DNA from: Polyangiaceae bacterium
Lineage (GTDB): Bacteria > Myxococcota_A > Polyangia > Polyangiales > Polyangiaceae
Assembly: GCA_965222375.1 (NCBI GenBank)
Contig: CBDCTZ010000016.1
Span: 800,001 to 864,000, forward strand
Reading direction: 5' to 3'
Length of the DNA: 64,000 nucleotides
In this document: positions 1 through 10,093 of the stretch, in pieces
Layout of the letters: each line of letters starts with the position of its first letter
Position numbering within the stretch: position 1 is the first letter of the stretch
The notes under the pieces: model-generated
The model's input: the letters and a program-made list of their open reading frames with translations, nothing else
What the model was told of the DNA's origin: nothing
The model's database searches: none
Position numbers and translations under genes: made by a program

Positions 1-2
1 CT

Positions 3-716
3 CGGGTTCGAGTTGATGCGGACGAAGCAGTCGCAGGGTTGGAAGAGAGTCAGTCCTACCTCGAAGCCACGCTGTTTCGCTCCTTGCTGGGCCGCGCCCG
101 GGGGCTGCTCGCGGTACGCGAACGCTCCCGGGTCTGGCTCGCGCAGACGGTGTCCATGCTGCGCACGGTCGTGTTGGACGTGGATCGGCGCCTGAGGCGG
201 CTCGACCCTGGTTTGAAGCCGGGCGCGGCGTTCTTTCTGGAGCCGGCAGAGCTTTCCAACGCCATCGGTTCCGTTCGAGCCGATCTAGGCTCCGTCGTGC
301 GCTGGCGCCGGGCGGGGTTCGCCATGGTGTCGGACCGGGCCGACCCTCCCGAACTGTTCGTCGGGCGGCCGCCCCCGTTTCCCACCGTCGACCCGGCCCA
401 ACCTTTGAGCGGCGAAGGCGCCAGTACGGCCACGGGCGAAGGCGAGGTCCGCCATCTTTCCGTCTCCACCGGTAGCGGGGAGCTCAAACCCAATACCATC
501 CTGGTGGTTCGCTCCTTGGACGTTGGATTGGCACCGATTCTGCCTGCGGTTGCCGGCGTGATCGCCGAGTGCGGTGGGACTCTTTCCCACGGCGCCATCG
601 TTGCACGTGCGATGGGCGTTCCGGCGATTGTTGGCGCTAGCGGTGCTCGCGCGGTGTTGGCGGATGGGGACCGCCTGTGCATCGATGGCAACACCGGCGC
701 TATCCATCGCCAATGA
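3..716 (+). CDS. PEP-utilizing enzyme, C-terminal mobile (His-swivel) domain; 5' partial
   Basis: Frame open from the window edge; motif ECGGTLSHGAIVARAMGVPAIVG...DGNTG. Confidence 0.85.
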   Translation, partial: RVRVDADEAVAGLEESQSYLEATLFRSLLGRARGLLAVRERSRVWLAQTVSMLRTVVLDVDRRLRRLDPGLKPGAAFFLEPAELSNAIGSVRADLGSVVRWRRAGFAMVSDRADPPELFVGRPPPFPTVDPAQPLSGEGASTATGEGEVRHLSVSTGSGELKPNTILVVRSLDVGLAPILPAVAGVIAECGGTLSHGAIVARAMGVPAIVGASGARAVLADGDRLCIDGNTGAIHRQ

Positions 717-1609
717 ACCAGCGACGGCGTGACGCGCGCTGGACCGTGCGCGCTGGAGACCCTAACGACATTCGCGCGCTGCTAGGCAAGATGGAGCAGC
801 CCGAATCCGCGCTCGACGAGGGCCGTGTGTTCGTGGATGGCCGACGTGCAGACTCCGGATTTCTGCTTCGGGAAGGTCAGCCCGTGGTTGTCGGGATGGC
901 TCGCACGGCCTCGCCGGCACAGGTTTCCGTGCTCGCACGACGCGCTGGCCTGGTGGCTGTGAACAAGCCTGCGGCGCTGCCGACGGAGCCAGATGCGTCG
1001 GGGCTGATGTCGCTACGCGAGCAGGTGCAGCACCAGCTCGACACACGCCTCCACGCAGTTTCTCGTCTGGACGTTGGAGTCAGTGGCGTGGTTCTCTTCG
1101 CGGCAACGCCTGAAGCGCGACGCTTCATGGATAGTCGGCAGGCCCGCGCGGGCTACTTGCGCCGCTACGTAGCGCTAGCGACTGGCGTCGTGGTGGCCGG
1201 GGGGCTTTGGTCGTCTCCTGTTGCTGGAAAGCAGGCCGAGACCCGCCTGCATCTCCTGGCCAGAGCGCCCGCCCATAGCTTGCTGCGTCTAGAGCCGACC
1301 ACGGGTCGGACCCACCAGCTCCGAGTGCACGCTTCTGCTGCAGGCTTTCCGCTTTTGGGAGATCGCCGCTACGGAGGCGCCTCGACCCTCACCACGGCAG
1401 ATGGGACCGTGTGCGAGTTGAGAAGAATCGCTCTACATGCGACGGACATCGAAGTTCACGGCTCCGACGGGCAGGTCTTTCGCGCGCACGCCCCATTGCC
1501 GCGGGAGTTTCGACAATGGTGGCAGGCCCTGGGAGGCAGCACCGACGAAGTGCCGCCCTTTGCCGCTGGCGGACAAGCAACCTCGACGGACCCACGTGGT
1601 TTGCGCTAA
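713..1609 (+). CDS. RluA-family RNA pseudouridine synthase
   Basis: VNKPAAL, SRLDVGVSGV (catalytic Asp), TGRTHQLRVH, LLGDRRYG, LHA motifs; ATGA overlap with the upstream stop. Confidence 0.9.
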   Translation: MNQRRRDARWTVRAGDPNDIRALLGKMEQPESALDEGRVFVDGRRADSGFLLREGQPVVVGMARTASPAQVSVLARRAGLVAVNKPAALPTEPDASGLMSLREQVQHQLDTRLHAVSRLDVGVSGVVLFAATPEARRFMDSRQARAGYLRRYVALATGVVVAGGLWSSPVAGKQAETRLHLLARAPAHSLLRLEPTTGRTHQLRVHASAAGFPLLGDRRYGGASTLTTADGTVCELRRIALHATDIEVHGSDGQVFRAHAPLPREFRQWWQALGGSTDEVPPFAAGGQATSTDPRGLR

Positions 1610-1624
1610 GGCGACGGGACCGCC

Positions 1625-2284
1625 GTGACTCCACGCTATTGGCTATTGGTTCCGAGCATCGTGCTGGGCTGTTCTGGGGCCCGCTACGACAACTCCCAGG
1701 GCCCGAGCATGACCATGCCTGCGCGCCTAGCCGAAGGGCGGAACGCCGACGCGGGGGCCCCGCAAGTCGAAGCTGGGGCTCCGATGGTCTCGCCGTCGGC
1801 GCCGCCGAACGCCCAACCCGACCCGGTGGCTCTCAAGGAGCCCATCCAATGGGAGTATGTGGTCGAATACGACCGCGGCGCGCTGCGTGTGGTGTCTGCG
1901 AAGCGCTTGGATTTCAAGAAGCCCATCCCTACGGCCAGAAACATGGGGCGCTTCGCCATCGAGCTCTGGATCGGTCGAGAATTGATCGAGCGTGTCCGCT
2001 TCGACTTCCCCTTGCTTGGCGCCGAAGAACCCATCGGGAAGCGCCGGCCACTGAAGCAGCCACCGACCTTCGCGGCTGGGGCGACGGTCCAGAGAAAGCT
2101 GCTGGTTCCGGACAGCCGACGAGCCACGCGCGCTGTGCTGGTGGATCGCGCGACGGGCAGCGAGACGGTGCTGCCTTGGCCCCCGGATGCGCCGCTGCCC
2201 CCGCACCGGGCCAATTCACCGCGCGCGGATCGGGATGCAGGTGCTGCCAGTGACGCAGCGATGCACGGCGACGGTGGGGTGTAG
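1625..2284 (+). CDS. hypothetical lipoprotein
   Basis: Signal peptide ending IVLGC; 219 aa ORF in the same + strand run. Confidence 0.65.
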   Translation: MTPRYWLLVPSIVLGCSGARYDNSQGPSMTMPARLAEGRNADAGAPQVEAGAPMVSPSAPPNAQPDPVALKEPIQWEYVVEYDRGALRVVSAKRLDFKKPIPTARNMGRFAIELWIGRELIERVRFDFPLLGAEEPIGKRRPLKQPPTFAAGATVQRKLLVPDSRRATRAVLVDRATGSETVLPWPPDAPLPPHRANSPRADRDAGAASDAAMHGDGGV

Positions 2285-2364
2285 CGAGGGCTTGCCCCGG
2301 AAAAAAGAGAAGCTTTTCCGGAAGGTAGCGTTTCGGGGGGGCTTCGTGCGACTCTACCGCCGCT

Positions 2365-4089
2365 ATGAACTGCGAGGCGTGCGGTCACGCGAACATCGAC
2401 GGGGCTCGGTTTTGCGCGAGTTGTGGCGCTCTAGTGCCCACAGACGACACGGCTGAAGAAGATGCCCTGATCGGGCAGATCATTGGCGGCCGCTACCGGG
2501 TGACCGGGGTCCTCGGCGAGGGTGGCATGGGCATCGTCTATGTGGGCGAGCAACAAATGGGTTCGACGGTCCGCAAGGTCGCCATCAAAACCCTCCACAG
2601 CCACCTGTCCAAGGACCCTTCGGTACTCGCTCGGTTTCACCGGGAGTGTGGAACGGTTGCTCAGCTCGAGCACCCCAATACGATCAAATTCTATGATTTC
2701 GGTTCGACCTCTGACGGAACCCTCTACATCGCGATGGAGTTCGTCAAAGGTGAACCGCTCAGTGACGTGATCGAAAAGCGCGGACCGATTCCCCCAGAGC
2801 GCTGCATAAAGATCATGAAGCAAGTCTGCGGCGCCCTGGAAGAGGCGCACGGACAAGGAATCATTCATCGGGATCTCAAACCCGAAAACGTGATTCTCAC
2901 CGAGCGCGCGGGTGAGAAGGAGTTCGTCAAGGTATTGGACTTCGGCATTGCGGCACGAAGCGAGTCCGCTGACGCGCAGAAGGAACAGAAGCTGACTCAG
3001 CAGGGAATGGTGCTTGGCACTCCTCCTTATATGAGCCCAGAGCAGTTCACCGGCAAAGCCCTGGATTCTCGCAGCGACATCTATTCCCTGGGAGTCATGT
3101 CCTACGAAATGCTGACCGGGAAGCTGCCTTTCGAGGCCGACACGCCATGGCAGTGGGCAACCCAACACATGACGGCCCAGCCGCTACCCTTCGAGGTCAC
3201 GGCGCCTAGCTCGGCCATACCGGATGCGCTCCGGCAGGCCATTTTGCGCGCGCTGTCCAAGGAGGCGGATGGGCGGCAGGACAACGCCAAGGAGTTCTTT
3301 GCCGAGTTGTCCAGCGGTGGGGGAATCACCGTGGACGAGCCGGCGGCCGTCTCGTCGGATCTGGCCCGGGCCGGAACCGCCGCCATGGCCGCGGCACCAG
3401 ACTTCGCAGCCATGGCGGGAACCGCCGGTCCGGTGTCCCCACCGGTGGCCGCGCCTCCGCAGCACCAGCCCCATGCCGCGCCAGCCATGGCGGCCCCGGT
3501 CGCCGCTCCACCGCCTCTCCAGCAGCAAAAGAGCGGGGGCGGAAAGGGCCTGATCATCGGGTTGGCGGCACTTGGTGGCTTGCTCCTGATCGGGATCGTG
3601 GTGGTGGCCGCGCAGCAAATGAAGCCGTCTTCCGAGGAAGATCAGCCTCTCACCAACCCCTTCACCAGCACGTCGGGGCAGACCACGATTGCCCCTCAGG
3701 TCGACCCCACCGGCAGCGCACCGACAGAAGCGACCGGAACCGGTGATACCCCGGACCCATCCCCGAAACCGACCTCCAAGCCCACGTCGAAGCCAACCAC
3801 AGGGCCCAAGCCGACGACCAAGCCCCAGGCGGACGGATGCCCTGCCTGCATTTCCGCCGCCCAATCCGGCAACATCATGGGGGCGGCCGCGGCGATGCGC
3901 CGCTGCACGGACCCAGTCGGCCGCTCCACCTGCCAGAAGCGGGCTCGAGGTAATGCCGCTCGTGCCGCCCAGAGTGCTGCCCGTAACGGCAACTGCGCCC
4001 AGGCCAAGGCGATCCAGAACGCAGCCCGGGGCATGGGCGCGGGTTCCGGCGCCCTCGAGGGCGCTCTGAACGGCACTTCCTGCAAGTAG
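2365..4089 (+). CDS. Hanks-type Ser/Thr protein kinase (N-terminal Zn ribbon, TM helix, Cys-rich C-terminus)
   Basis: CEAC/CASC, LGEGGMG, VAIK, HRDLKPEN, DFG, GTPPYMSPEQ; hydrophobic segment GLIIGLAALGGLLLIGIVVVAA. Confidence 0.95.
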   Translation: MNCEACGHANIDGARFCASCGALVPTDDTAEEDALIGQIIGGRYRVTGVLGEGGMGIVYVGEQQMGSTVRKVAIKTLHSHLSKDPSVLARFHRECGTVAQLEHPNTIKFYDFGSTSDGTLYIAMEFVKGEPLSDVIEKRGPIPPERCIKIMKQVCGALEEAHGQGIIHRDLKPENVILTERAGEKEFVKVLDFGIAARSESADAQKEQKLTQQGMVLGTPPYMSPEQFTGKALDSRSDIYSLGVMSYEMLTGKLPFEADTPWQWATQHMTAQPLPFEVTAPSSAIPDALRQAILRALSKEADGRQDNAKEFFAELSSGGGITVDEPAAVSSDLARAGTAAMAAAPDFAAMAGTAGPVSPPVAAPPQHQPHAAPAMAAPVAAPPPLQQQKSGGGKGLIIGLAALGGLLLIGIVVVAAQQMKPSSEEDQPLTNPFTSTSGQTTIAPQVDPTGSAPTEATGTGDTPDPSPKPTSKPTSKPTTGPKPTTKPQADGCPACISAAQSGNIMGAAAAMRRCTDPVGRSTCQKRARGNAARAAQSAARNGNCAQAKAIQNAARGMGAGSGALEGALNGTSCK

Positions 4090-4141
4090 GGCAGATGCAC
4101 CGGCTGGAACATGACGCCCGAAGCCACGAAGCACGCCATCG

Positions 4142-4166
4142 ACCGGCTGGCTGGCCGGTTTCTTTT
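4142..4166 (+). terminator. probable intrinsic terminator
   Basis: ACCGGC-loop-GCCGGT stem followed by TTCTTTT, downstream of the kinase stop. Confidence 0.6.
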
Positions 4167-4224
4167 AGATCAATGATTCTAAGTGGATACGCTTAAGTTG
4201 CGTGAAAAGTGGGCGGGTGTGTGC

Positions 4225-4254
4225 TTGACCACGCGGATATTCGGGGACTAGCCT
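4225..4254 (+). promoter_or_regulatory. candidate sigma70-type promoter
   Basis: TTGACC-N18-TAGCCT upstream of the ORF at 4337. Confidence 0.4.
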
Positions 4255-4336
4255 TGGAGCTGCTTAGCCCTTCGTGACCCTAACAGACGTGAGAAGCCGG
4301 GAACGACCCCGCCCACCTCGAGGAAAGAACGAACGA

Positions 4337-4609
4337 ATGCAGCCCAGGATGACCTGGCCCGAGCTCTGTCATGCGGCAGAACTGAAGGGCAAGTGGGTAG
4401 CGCTAGATAACTGCCGCTACGACAATGCCACGCTCCAGCCCACCGAAGGCGATGTAGTGGACTGGGACGAGGAACTCGTCGAGCTGTGCAGTCGGCTCCG
4501 GGAAATGGGCCGCACTTCTTGCGCTATCCTCTTCTGTGAAGACGACGTTGTGGTGGAGACCCGCCGCCAGGGTCCCAGATCGGCCAACTCTCGCGTGGCG
4601 GAGCGGTGA
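4337..4609 (+). CDS. small hypothetical protein (DUF5678-like)
   Basis: KGKWVAL...GDVVDWDEELVEL pattern; promoter-like sequence upstream. Confidence 0.6.
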   Translation: MQPRMTWPELCHAAELKGKWVALDNCRYDNATLQPTEGDVVDWDEELVELCSRLREMGRTSCAILFCEDDVVVETRRQGPRSANSRVAER

Positions 4610-4612
4610 TAG

Positions 4613-5860
4613 CTACTTGATCGTGGGTTTGAGGACCGCCTTGCCGTTCTTGATCACCACGTCGAAATCGATCTCTCGATTCCCGTGTTTCTGGCGCAAT
4701 TGGCGCTCGGTGGCGCGCAGACTCCTGGCGAGCCCGTCCACGCTCACGCCTTTCGCATCTTTGGTTTGATGCTTTGCGTCGACAAGGCGGGCGTGTAGCT
4801 CCCGCACTTTGTCGTCGGTGACTGTGCTCGCGCGAGCCGGCCCCGGTTTTCCAGCTGGAGGACGCGCGCGGTGGGGTAGAGGTGGCCTGGGAGGCGGTGC
4901 TCCGGGCCGGGCCGGGGGGCGAGCGGGTCGACGCCCCGGCGGAGGGATCCCGGGCTTCGTCGCCGGTCGCTTGCCCGGGGGCGCGGGCGGTCTCGGCTCG
5001 CCCACTCCGGGCTCCGTTCCCAGCTCGGCCCTGGCGGCGGCTGGAGGGCGAAGCGGGGGGCGGGGCCGCCCGGGTGCGGGCGGTCGGTTTTTTTCGCCCC
5101 GGGCGGGGCCGGGCGTGGTCGCCGGACGGACCGCAGGGGACGCTGCGGCCTTGGGCTTGGGTGCGGCGCCCCGGGGGCGGCTCGCTGCGGTTGCCGGTGC
5201 GCGCTTGGGCTTGGTCGGCTTGGCGCCGCCCCCCAAGCCGTCGAGGTCGAAATCCAGACTGAGCTTGTCCAGCTTCTTCGCGGATTGGCGCTTGGGTTCG
5301 CGGGTTGAAGCGGACGGCGGCGCAGAGTCGACCATGGTGCGTTCCTGGGTCGGCTCATCGCTGCCCGCGAAGACGTCGTCCAGCGCTTTCATCGCGTCGT
5401 CCAGCGCGCTGGCGGGGGAGTCGAGCAGCGCTGCCATCTCCTTTTCCGTTTCTTGCTTGGCCTCTTGGGCTCGGGCTCGCTCCGCGGCGGCTGCGTCCCC
5501 TTTCGCAAACATGCCCATGCGCTTGCGGGCCGCGATGGTCATCGGTTCGCCCATGCGCCGCTCGGCCTTGAGCAGGTGCCTGCGATACGTTCCGTTTTCG
5601 ATCTCTCGGCAGATCCGCTGCCAGTATTGCTGGAACGTGTTGTAGCGCATCACGATCGTCTGCAACTTGAACCGCTTCGCCGTATTGCGAAACTTCATTC
5701 GGCGGAGTGCCCAGATGCGGCGGTCGACGTCTTTGCGCGCGATGTTGGGCTCGATCTTCTCGAGTCCCAGAAAGTACTGCTCGTAGAGAGCCCGCAGACG
5801 TTCCAGACGCACTTCGAGCTCTTCGAGCTCGTGGTCGATGTCTGGTTCGGCAGCTTCCAC
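4613..5860 (-). CDS. MXAN_5187 C-terminal-domain-like protein with Pro-rich linker
   Basis: LERLRALYEQYFLGLEKIEP and terminal DFDVVIKNGKAVLK segments typical of this myxobacterial family; GTG start inferred. Confidence 0.75.
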   Translation of the reverse strand: MEAAEPDIDHELEELEVRLERLRALYEQYFLGLEKIEPNIARKDVDRRIWALRRMKFRNTAKRFKLQTIVMRYNTFQQYWQRICREIENGTYRRHLLKAERRMGEPMTIAARKRMGMFAKGDAAAAERARAQEAKQETEKEMAALLDSPASALDDAMKALDDVFAGSDEPTQERTMVDSAPPSASTREPKRQSAKKLDKLSLDFDLDGLGGGAKPTKPKRAPATAASRPRGAAPKPKAAASPAVRPATTPGPARGEKNRPPAPGRPRPPLRPPAAARAELGTEPGVGEPRPPAPPGKRPATKPGIPPPGRRPARPPARPGAPPPRPPLPHRARPPAGKPGPARASTVTDDKVRELHARLVDAKHQTKDAKGVSVDGLARSLRATERQLRQKHGNREIDFDVVIKNGKAVLKPTIK

Positions 5861-5865
5861 GTGCG

Positions 5866-6690
5866 TCAGCTCCCCGGCAAAGGTACGACTTTGAGGTTGT
5901 CGAAGCAGACGGGGACTTCCCAATCATTGAAGCCCATGTGCTCGTGCCCCGTGCCCTTCAGGGGCTGCGGGTCGGCGAGGCTCAGGATTTCGATGTCATC
6001 AACCAGCCAGCGAACAGTCTTGCCGTCGCTGCGCTCGATCTTGAAGTGATAGTTCCGATTCGGCTCTACCTTTCGAGCCCGGACATCCTGCCCATTCGGG
6101 TCAATCCGAACCTCTTTGCGATCTTTGGCGTGCTCGTCGATCCGAGCAAGCACGTGGAACTGGTTCTTCCAGCCACCGAAGATGACAACGTAACTCGTGG
6201 CGTTGGTGTAGGAGACGGACGTTGCGTGACTCCGGCCGTCGCCCCAGACTTCCAGTTTGAGATCGCCGTCTGGCGAGGCGCTGTAGGCGTCGAACTCGAT
6301 TCGCGCATTCGCAGGTAGACGTCGCTTCAGCCAAACGCCGTGGTTGCGCGCTCGGCGTCCACACAGCCGACCGTCAGTGATGCGCCAAACGTTCGACGTG
6401 GCACGCCAGTCGTCACCCAGCGATGGCCGCTCGAAGTTGTCCTCGAAAGGCGCGGTCAAGACCGGGTCCGGGGTCGCCTTGGGCGCTGCACTCGGGGCAG
6501 CCGCTGCGCTCGCCGGGCCACCAGCGCTTGGCGCTGGCGTGAGCTTCGGCGTGGCGGGTTTGGGCACCGGTGGCCGAGGGGCAACCGGGGTCGGAGATGG
6601 AGCGGGTTTGGCCTTTCCCTTTGCAGCTTCGTCGGGTACGCATCCCGCCGCTACTAGGGCCAGCACGGAGATCACAGCCAGTCTGAGCAC
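5866..6690 (-). CDS. lipoprotein with ConA/LamG-like beta-sandwich domain
   Basis: Lipobox VAAGC, Pro-rich linker, FEDNFER...WRITDGRL...FDNLKV. Confidence 0.65.
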   Translation of the reverse strand: MLRLAVISVLALVAAGCVPDEAAKGKAKPAPSPTPVAPRPPVPKPATPKLTPAPSAGGPASAAAAPSAAPKATPDPVLTAPFEDNFERPSLGDDWRATSNVWRITDGRLCGRRARNHGVWLKRRLPANARIEFDAYSASPDGDLKLEVWGDGRSHATSVSYTNATSYVVIFGGWKNQFHVLARIDEHAKDRKEVRIDPNGQDVRARKVEPNRNYHFKIERSDGKTVRWLVDDIEILSLADPQPLKGTGHEHMGFNDWEVPVCFDNLKVVPLPGS

Positions 6691-6779
6691 CCGGGCATGC
6701 TAACTCATCGCGCGCGAGTCGGCATCCCGCCCAAGCGTGGTGCGGACTCTTGAGCCTGCGCTATAAAGGCCGCGCCCCC

Positions 6780-8252
6780 ATGCACCCCATCCTGTTTAGC
6801 CTTCCCCTGCCGGGCATCACGATTCCCCTCTTCCCGGCTCTACTAGCCCTAGCCGCCGTGGGCGTAGTGCTCGCCCTTTTCGGCTACCGCAAGCGCGCCA
6901 CGGATCTGCTGGTGATCGGGGTGGCGGCAGCCGCGGGCGGTGCTTTTGCAGCGTTCAGTTTCCGGGGCGAGGTGTACACACTCTCGCCGCTACCGGTCTA
7001 TTCGTACGGTGCCATGTTGTGCCTGTCCATTATCGTGGGCTGGTACTTGTCCCTCGGGCTCGCAACCAAAGACGGTCTGCCCCGAGATGTGATGGCCAAT
7101 TGCTACTTCGTTACGGCCGTCGCCGCGCTGATTGGCGCTCGTTTGCTCTACGTAGCGACCAACGTGGACGAGTTTGCCTCCTTCAAGGATCTGTTTGCTC
7201 TGCGGCGTGGCGGTCTCGTCGCATACGGTGGGTTCCTGGGCGGCTTCCTCGGCTCCTGGTGGTTTCTGAAACGACATAGGATCCGCCTATTGCCGTGGGC
7301 AGACGTCGCAGTGCCAAGTCTTGCTTCGGGCCTCGTGATCACCCGCCTTGGCTGCTATCTCTACGGCTGCGACTTCGGGAAGCCGCTGTCTGAAGGCGCA
7401 CCCAGTTTTCTCAAGTCCCTCGGCACCTTTCCGAAGTGGCCCGAAGGCACGGTTCTGGAAGGCTCGGGGTCTCCGGCCTGGATCCAGCACGTCAACCAAC
7501 GTGGGCTCTCGCCAGACGCTTCGGCTTCGTTGCCTGTTCACCCCACCCAGCTCTACGAGGTCGTGACCGGCCTGGCGCTGCTCGGGTTGGTTTTCGTGGC
7601 CCGCAAGAATCAACGCTTCCGGGGCCAAGTCTTTCTTGCTTTCACTATCGGCTACGGCGTGCTGCGCTTCGCGCTGGAGGTGCTGCGGGACGATCTCGAG
7701 CGCGGCACATTCGGACCTCACCTCAGCCAGCACGTGGTGTTGCCTGCTGCGGCGCTCGCCTTTGGGCTCGCCTTTGCCTTCGGGCCCGCTCGCTGCATTG
7801 CCCGGGATAATCTGCGGCGAGGAGCTCAGGCCTTGGCGCTGGTTCCGGCGCCCCTTCTCTACCTGTTGCTGAAACCGACCAGTTTCGCCCAGGGCGTAGC
7901 CGTGCAGCTTTCCACCTCTCAGTGGATAGGTCTCGGAACCGGAGTCGCCGCCGCGCTGGTGTGGGGCACGTTGTTCGAAGCTTCCAAGAAGAACCCAGAA
8001 GCTGCGATGAGCTTGGGCGAAGGCGCAGTCGAGTTCGCTGACGACGACGAAGCCGAGGACGAGGCCCGTGAGCTGGCACCGGCTGAGGACGACTCGGTGG
8101 CGACCGAAGAGGAGGCGACCGACCATGCGGGCTCGTCCGAAGACGACGCAGAGGCGGCGTCGAAGCCAAAGGCCCGCAAGAAGAAGAAACGGAAAAAGAA
8201 GAAGAAGGCCGGGTCCGCCTCCGGCGGAGAGCCCGCTCCCAACGCGAGCTGA
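6780..8252 (+). CDS. lgt: prolipoprotein diacylglyceryl transferase
   Basis: MHPILF, YSYG, IGARLLYV, GGLVAYGG, RLGCYLYGC, HPTQLYE, RFALEVLR, STSQWI motifs. Confidence 0.92.
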   Translation: MHPILFSLPLPGITIPLFPALLALAAVGVVLALFGYRKRATDLLVIGVAAAAGGAFAAFSFRGEVYTLSPLPVYSYGAMLCLSIIVGWYLSLGLATKDGLPRDVMANCYFVTAVAALIGARLLYVATNVDEFASFKDLFALRRGGLVAYGGFLGGFLGSWWFLKRHRIRLLPWADVAVPSLASGLVITRLGCYLYGCDFGKPLSEGAPSFLKSLGTFPKWPEGTVLEGSGSPAWIQHVNQRGLSPDASASLPVHPTQLYEVVTGLALLGLVFVARKNQRFRGQVFLAFTIGYGVLRFALEVLRDDLERGTFGPHLSQHVVLPAAALAFGLAFAFGPARCIARDNLRRGAQALALVPAPLLYLLLKPTSFAQGVAVQLSTSQWIGLGTGVAAALVWGTLFEASKKNPEAAMSLGEGAVEFADDDEAEDEARELAPAEDDSVATEEEATDHAGSSEDDAEAASKPKARKKKKRKKKKKAGSASGGEPAPNAS

Positions 8253-8255
8253 ACG

Positions 8256-9065
8256 CTAGCCAGCTACTCTGCGGGGAACTCGAAACCGAACCCGCTCCAC
8301 GCCCTGCACGTCCACATTCAAGGCGTGCCTCGAAACTTCGCACAGCGCCCAAGCTGCTGCGGCGCGACCTGGAGCATCGTCGTCCAGATTCTCGGTGAGA
8401 CTTTGCAGAGTGACGAAGGGGACGTGGTCGAAGACCTCCAGATAGTTCCAGTGGGCGTGACCGTTGAAGACACAAAGGACTTTCTCGCTGGCAGTCAGGA
8501 TCTTCCGCAATTGCTTGCGCTCGGCGACGCGGCAGATGTGTGGCGCGTGTTCGAACCAGCGGTTGCCAGTGAGGTCCATTTCGCCGGCTGGGTGGTGCAT
8601 GAGCACGATGACGGGAAGGGGCGACTCCCGCAGAGCATTGGATAGCCAGTCCAGTTGTTCCTGGGGCAATCGGACCGAGACGTCTTTCGTTTCGATGGTG
8701 TTCAGAACCACGAAACGGAGCCCGTCGATGTCACGAAGGTAAAACAGCGCATCGTCGTGCTGCCAGAGCGCTTTCAGGTCAGCGTCGTTCAAGCAGACCT
8801 GGTCGTGGTTGCCGGCGACGTGCAGCACAGGTTTGCCAGATTCAGCCAGCAGCTGGACAAACTTCCGGTAGCGCTCTCGGTCGGCGTCGGGCGCCTCATC
8901 TTCGACCACGTCTCCTAGGTTCACGATGAGGTCAGCGCCGGCTGCGCAGGCCTGCTGGACGAATAGGCGCGTCAGCTCAGGCGCCCGCTGGGATAGCTTT
9001 CGCAGCTTCCCCTCGAAATATGCCGGGGGCCCAAAGTGGACGTCCGTGACCAGGGCGATGCGCAC
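8256..9065 (-). CDS. calcineurin-like metallophosphoesterase
   Basis: DVH, LGD, GNHD, HH, GHAH metal-binding motifs. Confidence 0.9.
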   Translation of the reverse strand: MRIALVTDVHFGPPAYFEGKLRKLSQRAPELTRLFVQQACAAGADLIVNLGDVVEDEAPDADRERYRKFVQLLAESGKPVLHVAGNHDQVCLNDADLKALWQHDDALFYLRDIDGLRFVVLNTIETKDVSVRLPQEQLDWLSNALRESPLPVIVLMHHPAGEMDLTGNRWFEHAPHICRVAERKQLRKILTASEKVLCVFNGHAHWNYLEVFDHVPFVTLQSLTENLDDDAPGRAAAAWALCEVSRHALNVDVQGVERVRFRVPRRVAG

Positions 9066-9325
9066 GCCTCTGTCGGTGTATCACGATGCCGTCCGGCAGC
9101 CAGATCGACGTTTTCTGTAGCTTGGGGAAAATGTTTAGTAATTTTCTATATTTACGATCTGGCGCTTAGGGCGCTTCTGGCTTGGCCGGGACGAGAAATT
9201 GACGCCCTGGACCGGCCCCGCCGTCTAAAGGTAGCCTTCCGCCCGCACACGAACCGTGTATTACCGCGTAAGCGCGAGGCGCCCTGGCGCGTTGGAATTA
9301 GAACGAGACATTGGAGTTGCTAGTC

Positions 9326-10042
9326 ATGCGAAGTTTGATCCTTGGTGTCGTAGGTTGCCTGGTGCTGACGACGGTTGTTGGTTGCAAGAAGAAAGACGAG
9401 GGGCAAGACCCCCAAGCCGCCGGCTATCAGCCTGGCGGCTATCAGCAACAGCCTGGCGGTTACCAGCAGCAGCCCGGTGGCTATCAACAGCAACCGGGTG
9501 GTGGCTATCAGCAGCCCCCTCCCGGTGGCCAGCCCCCTCCCGGTGGCCAGCCTCCTCCTGGTGGTCAGCCCCCGCCGGCTGGTGGCGGCATCCCCGGTGC
9601 TCCTCCCGCTGGAGGTGGCGGTGGTGGAAAGGCTCAGCCCCTGGACCCATCCTTGGGCTCGGCTGCTCAGCCCATCTTGAACCAACTCGCCAAGGCTGAG
9701 GCGATGCCTGGTGCTCGCCCCGTCGGTTCGGCGCTCGTGGGCAACTTCCAGCAGGGTCAGAATCTGGAGACTCAGATTCAGCTCAATGCTGGCAAGTGCT
9801 ACACGGTTGTCGCTGCGGGGCTTCCGCCGGTTTCGGAAGTGAACGTGAAGTTCGTGGCCGTGACGCCGATCCCTGGTTCCGCGATGGTGCTCGCCCAGGA
9901 TCAGACCACGGGGCCTCAGGCCGTGCTTGGCAAGAAGCCCAATTGCTACAAGAACCCCGCGCCTTTCGGCCTGCCTGTGAAGATGATCGTCGAAGTTGCG
10001 GGTGGCTCCGGCGTTGCAGCGGCGCAGGTATACGAGAAGTAG
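9326..10042 (+). CDS. lipoprotein with Gln/Pro/Gly/Tyr low-complexity repeats and a C-terminal beta domain
   Basis: Lipobox VVGC; QPGGYQQ and QPPPGG repeats; strong GC3 codon bias. Confidence 0.8.
   Translation: MRSLILGVVGCLVLTTVVGCKKKDEGQDPQAAGYQPGGYQQQPGGYQQQPGGYQQQPGGGYQQPPPGGQPPPGGQPPPGGQPPPAGGGIPGAPPAGGGGGGKAQPLDPSLGSAAQPILNQLAKAEAMPGARPVGSALVGNFQQGQNLETQIQLNAGKCYTVVAAGLPPVSEVNVKFVAVTPIPGSAMVLAQDQTTGPQAVLGKKPNCYKNPAPFGLPVKMIVEVAGGSGVAAAQVYEK
9428..9575 (+). repeat. intragenic 21-nt then 18-nt tandem repeats
   Basis: cagcctggcggctatcagcaa-type units followed by cagccccctcccggtggc-type units. Confidence 0.8.
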
Positions 10043-10093
10043 ATCCCGTTGAGGCCCCCAGTGCGGGGCGATTGTGCGCGGCGCGTGTAACTC

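Noticed and set aside
9105..9165. AT-rich patch as an IHF site or a motif shared with 4160-4200
   Set aside because: Only about half the positions match and neither fits WATCAANNNNTTR; probably promoter DNA
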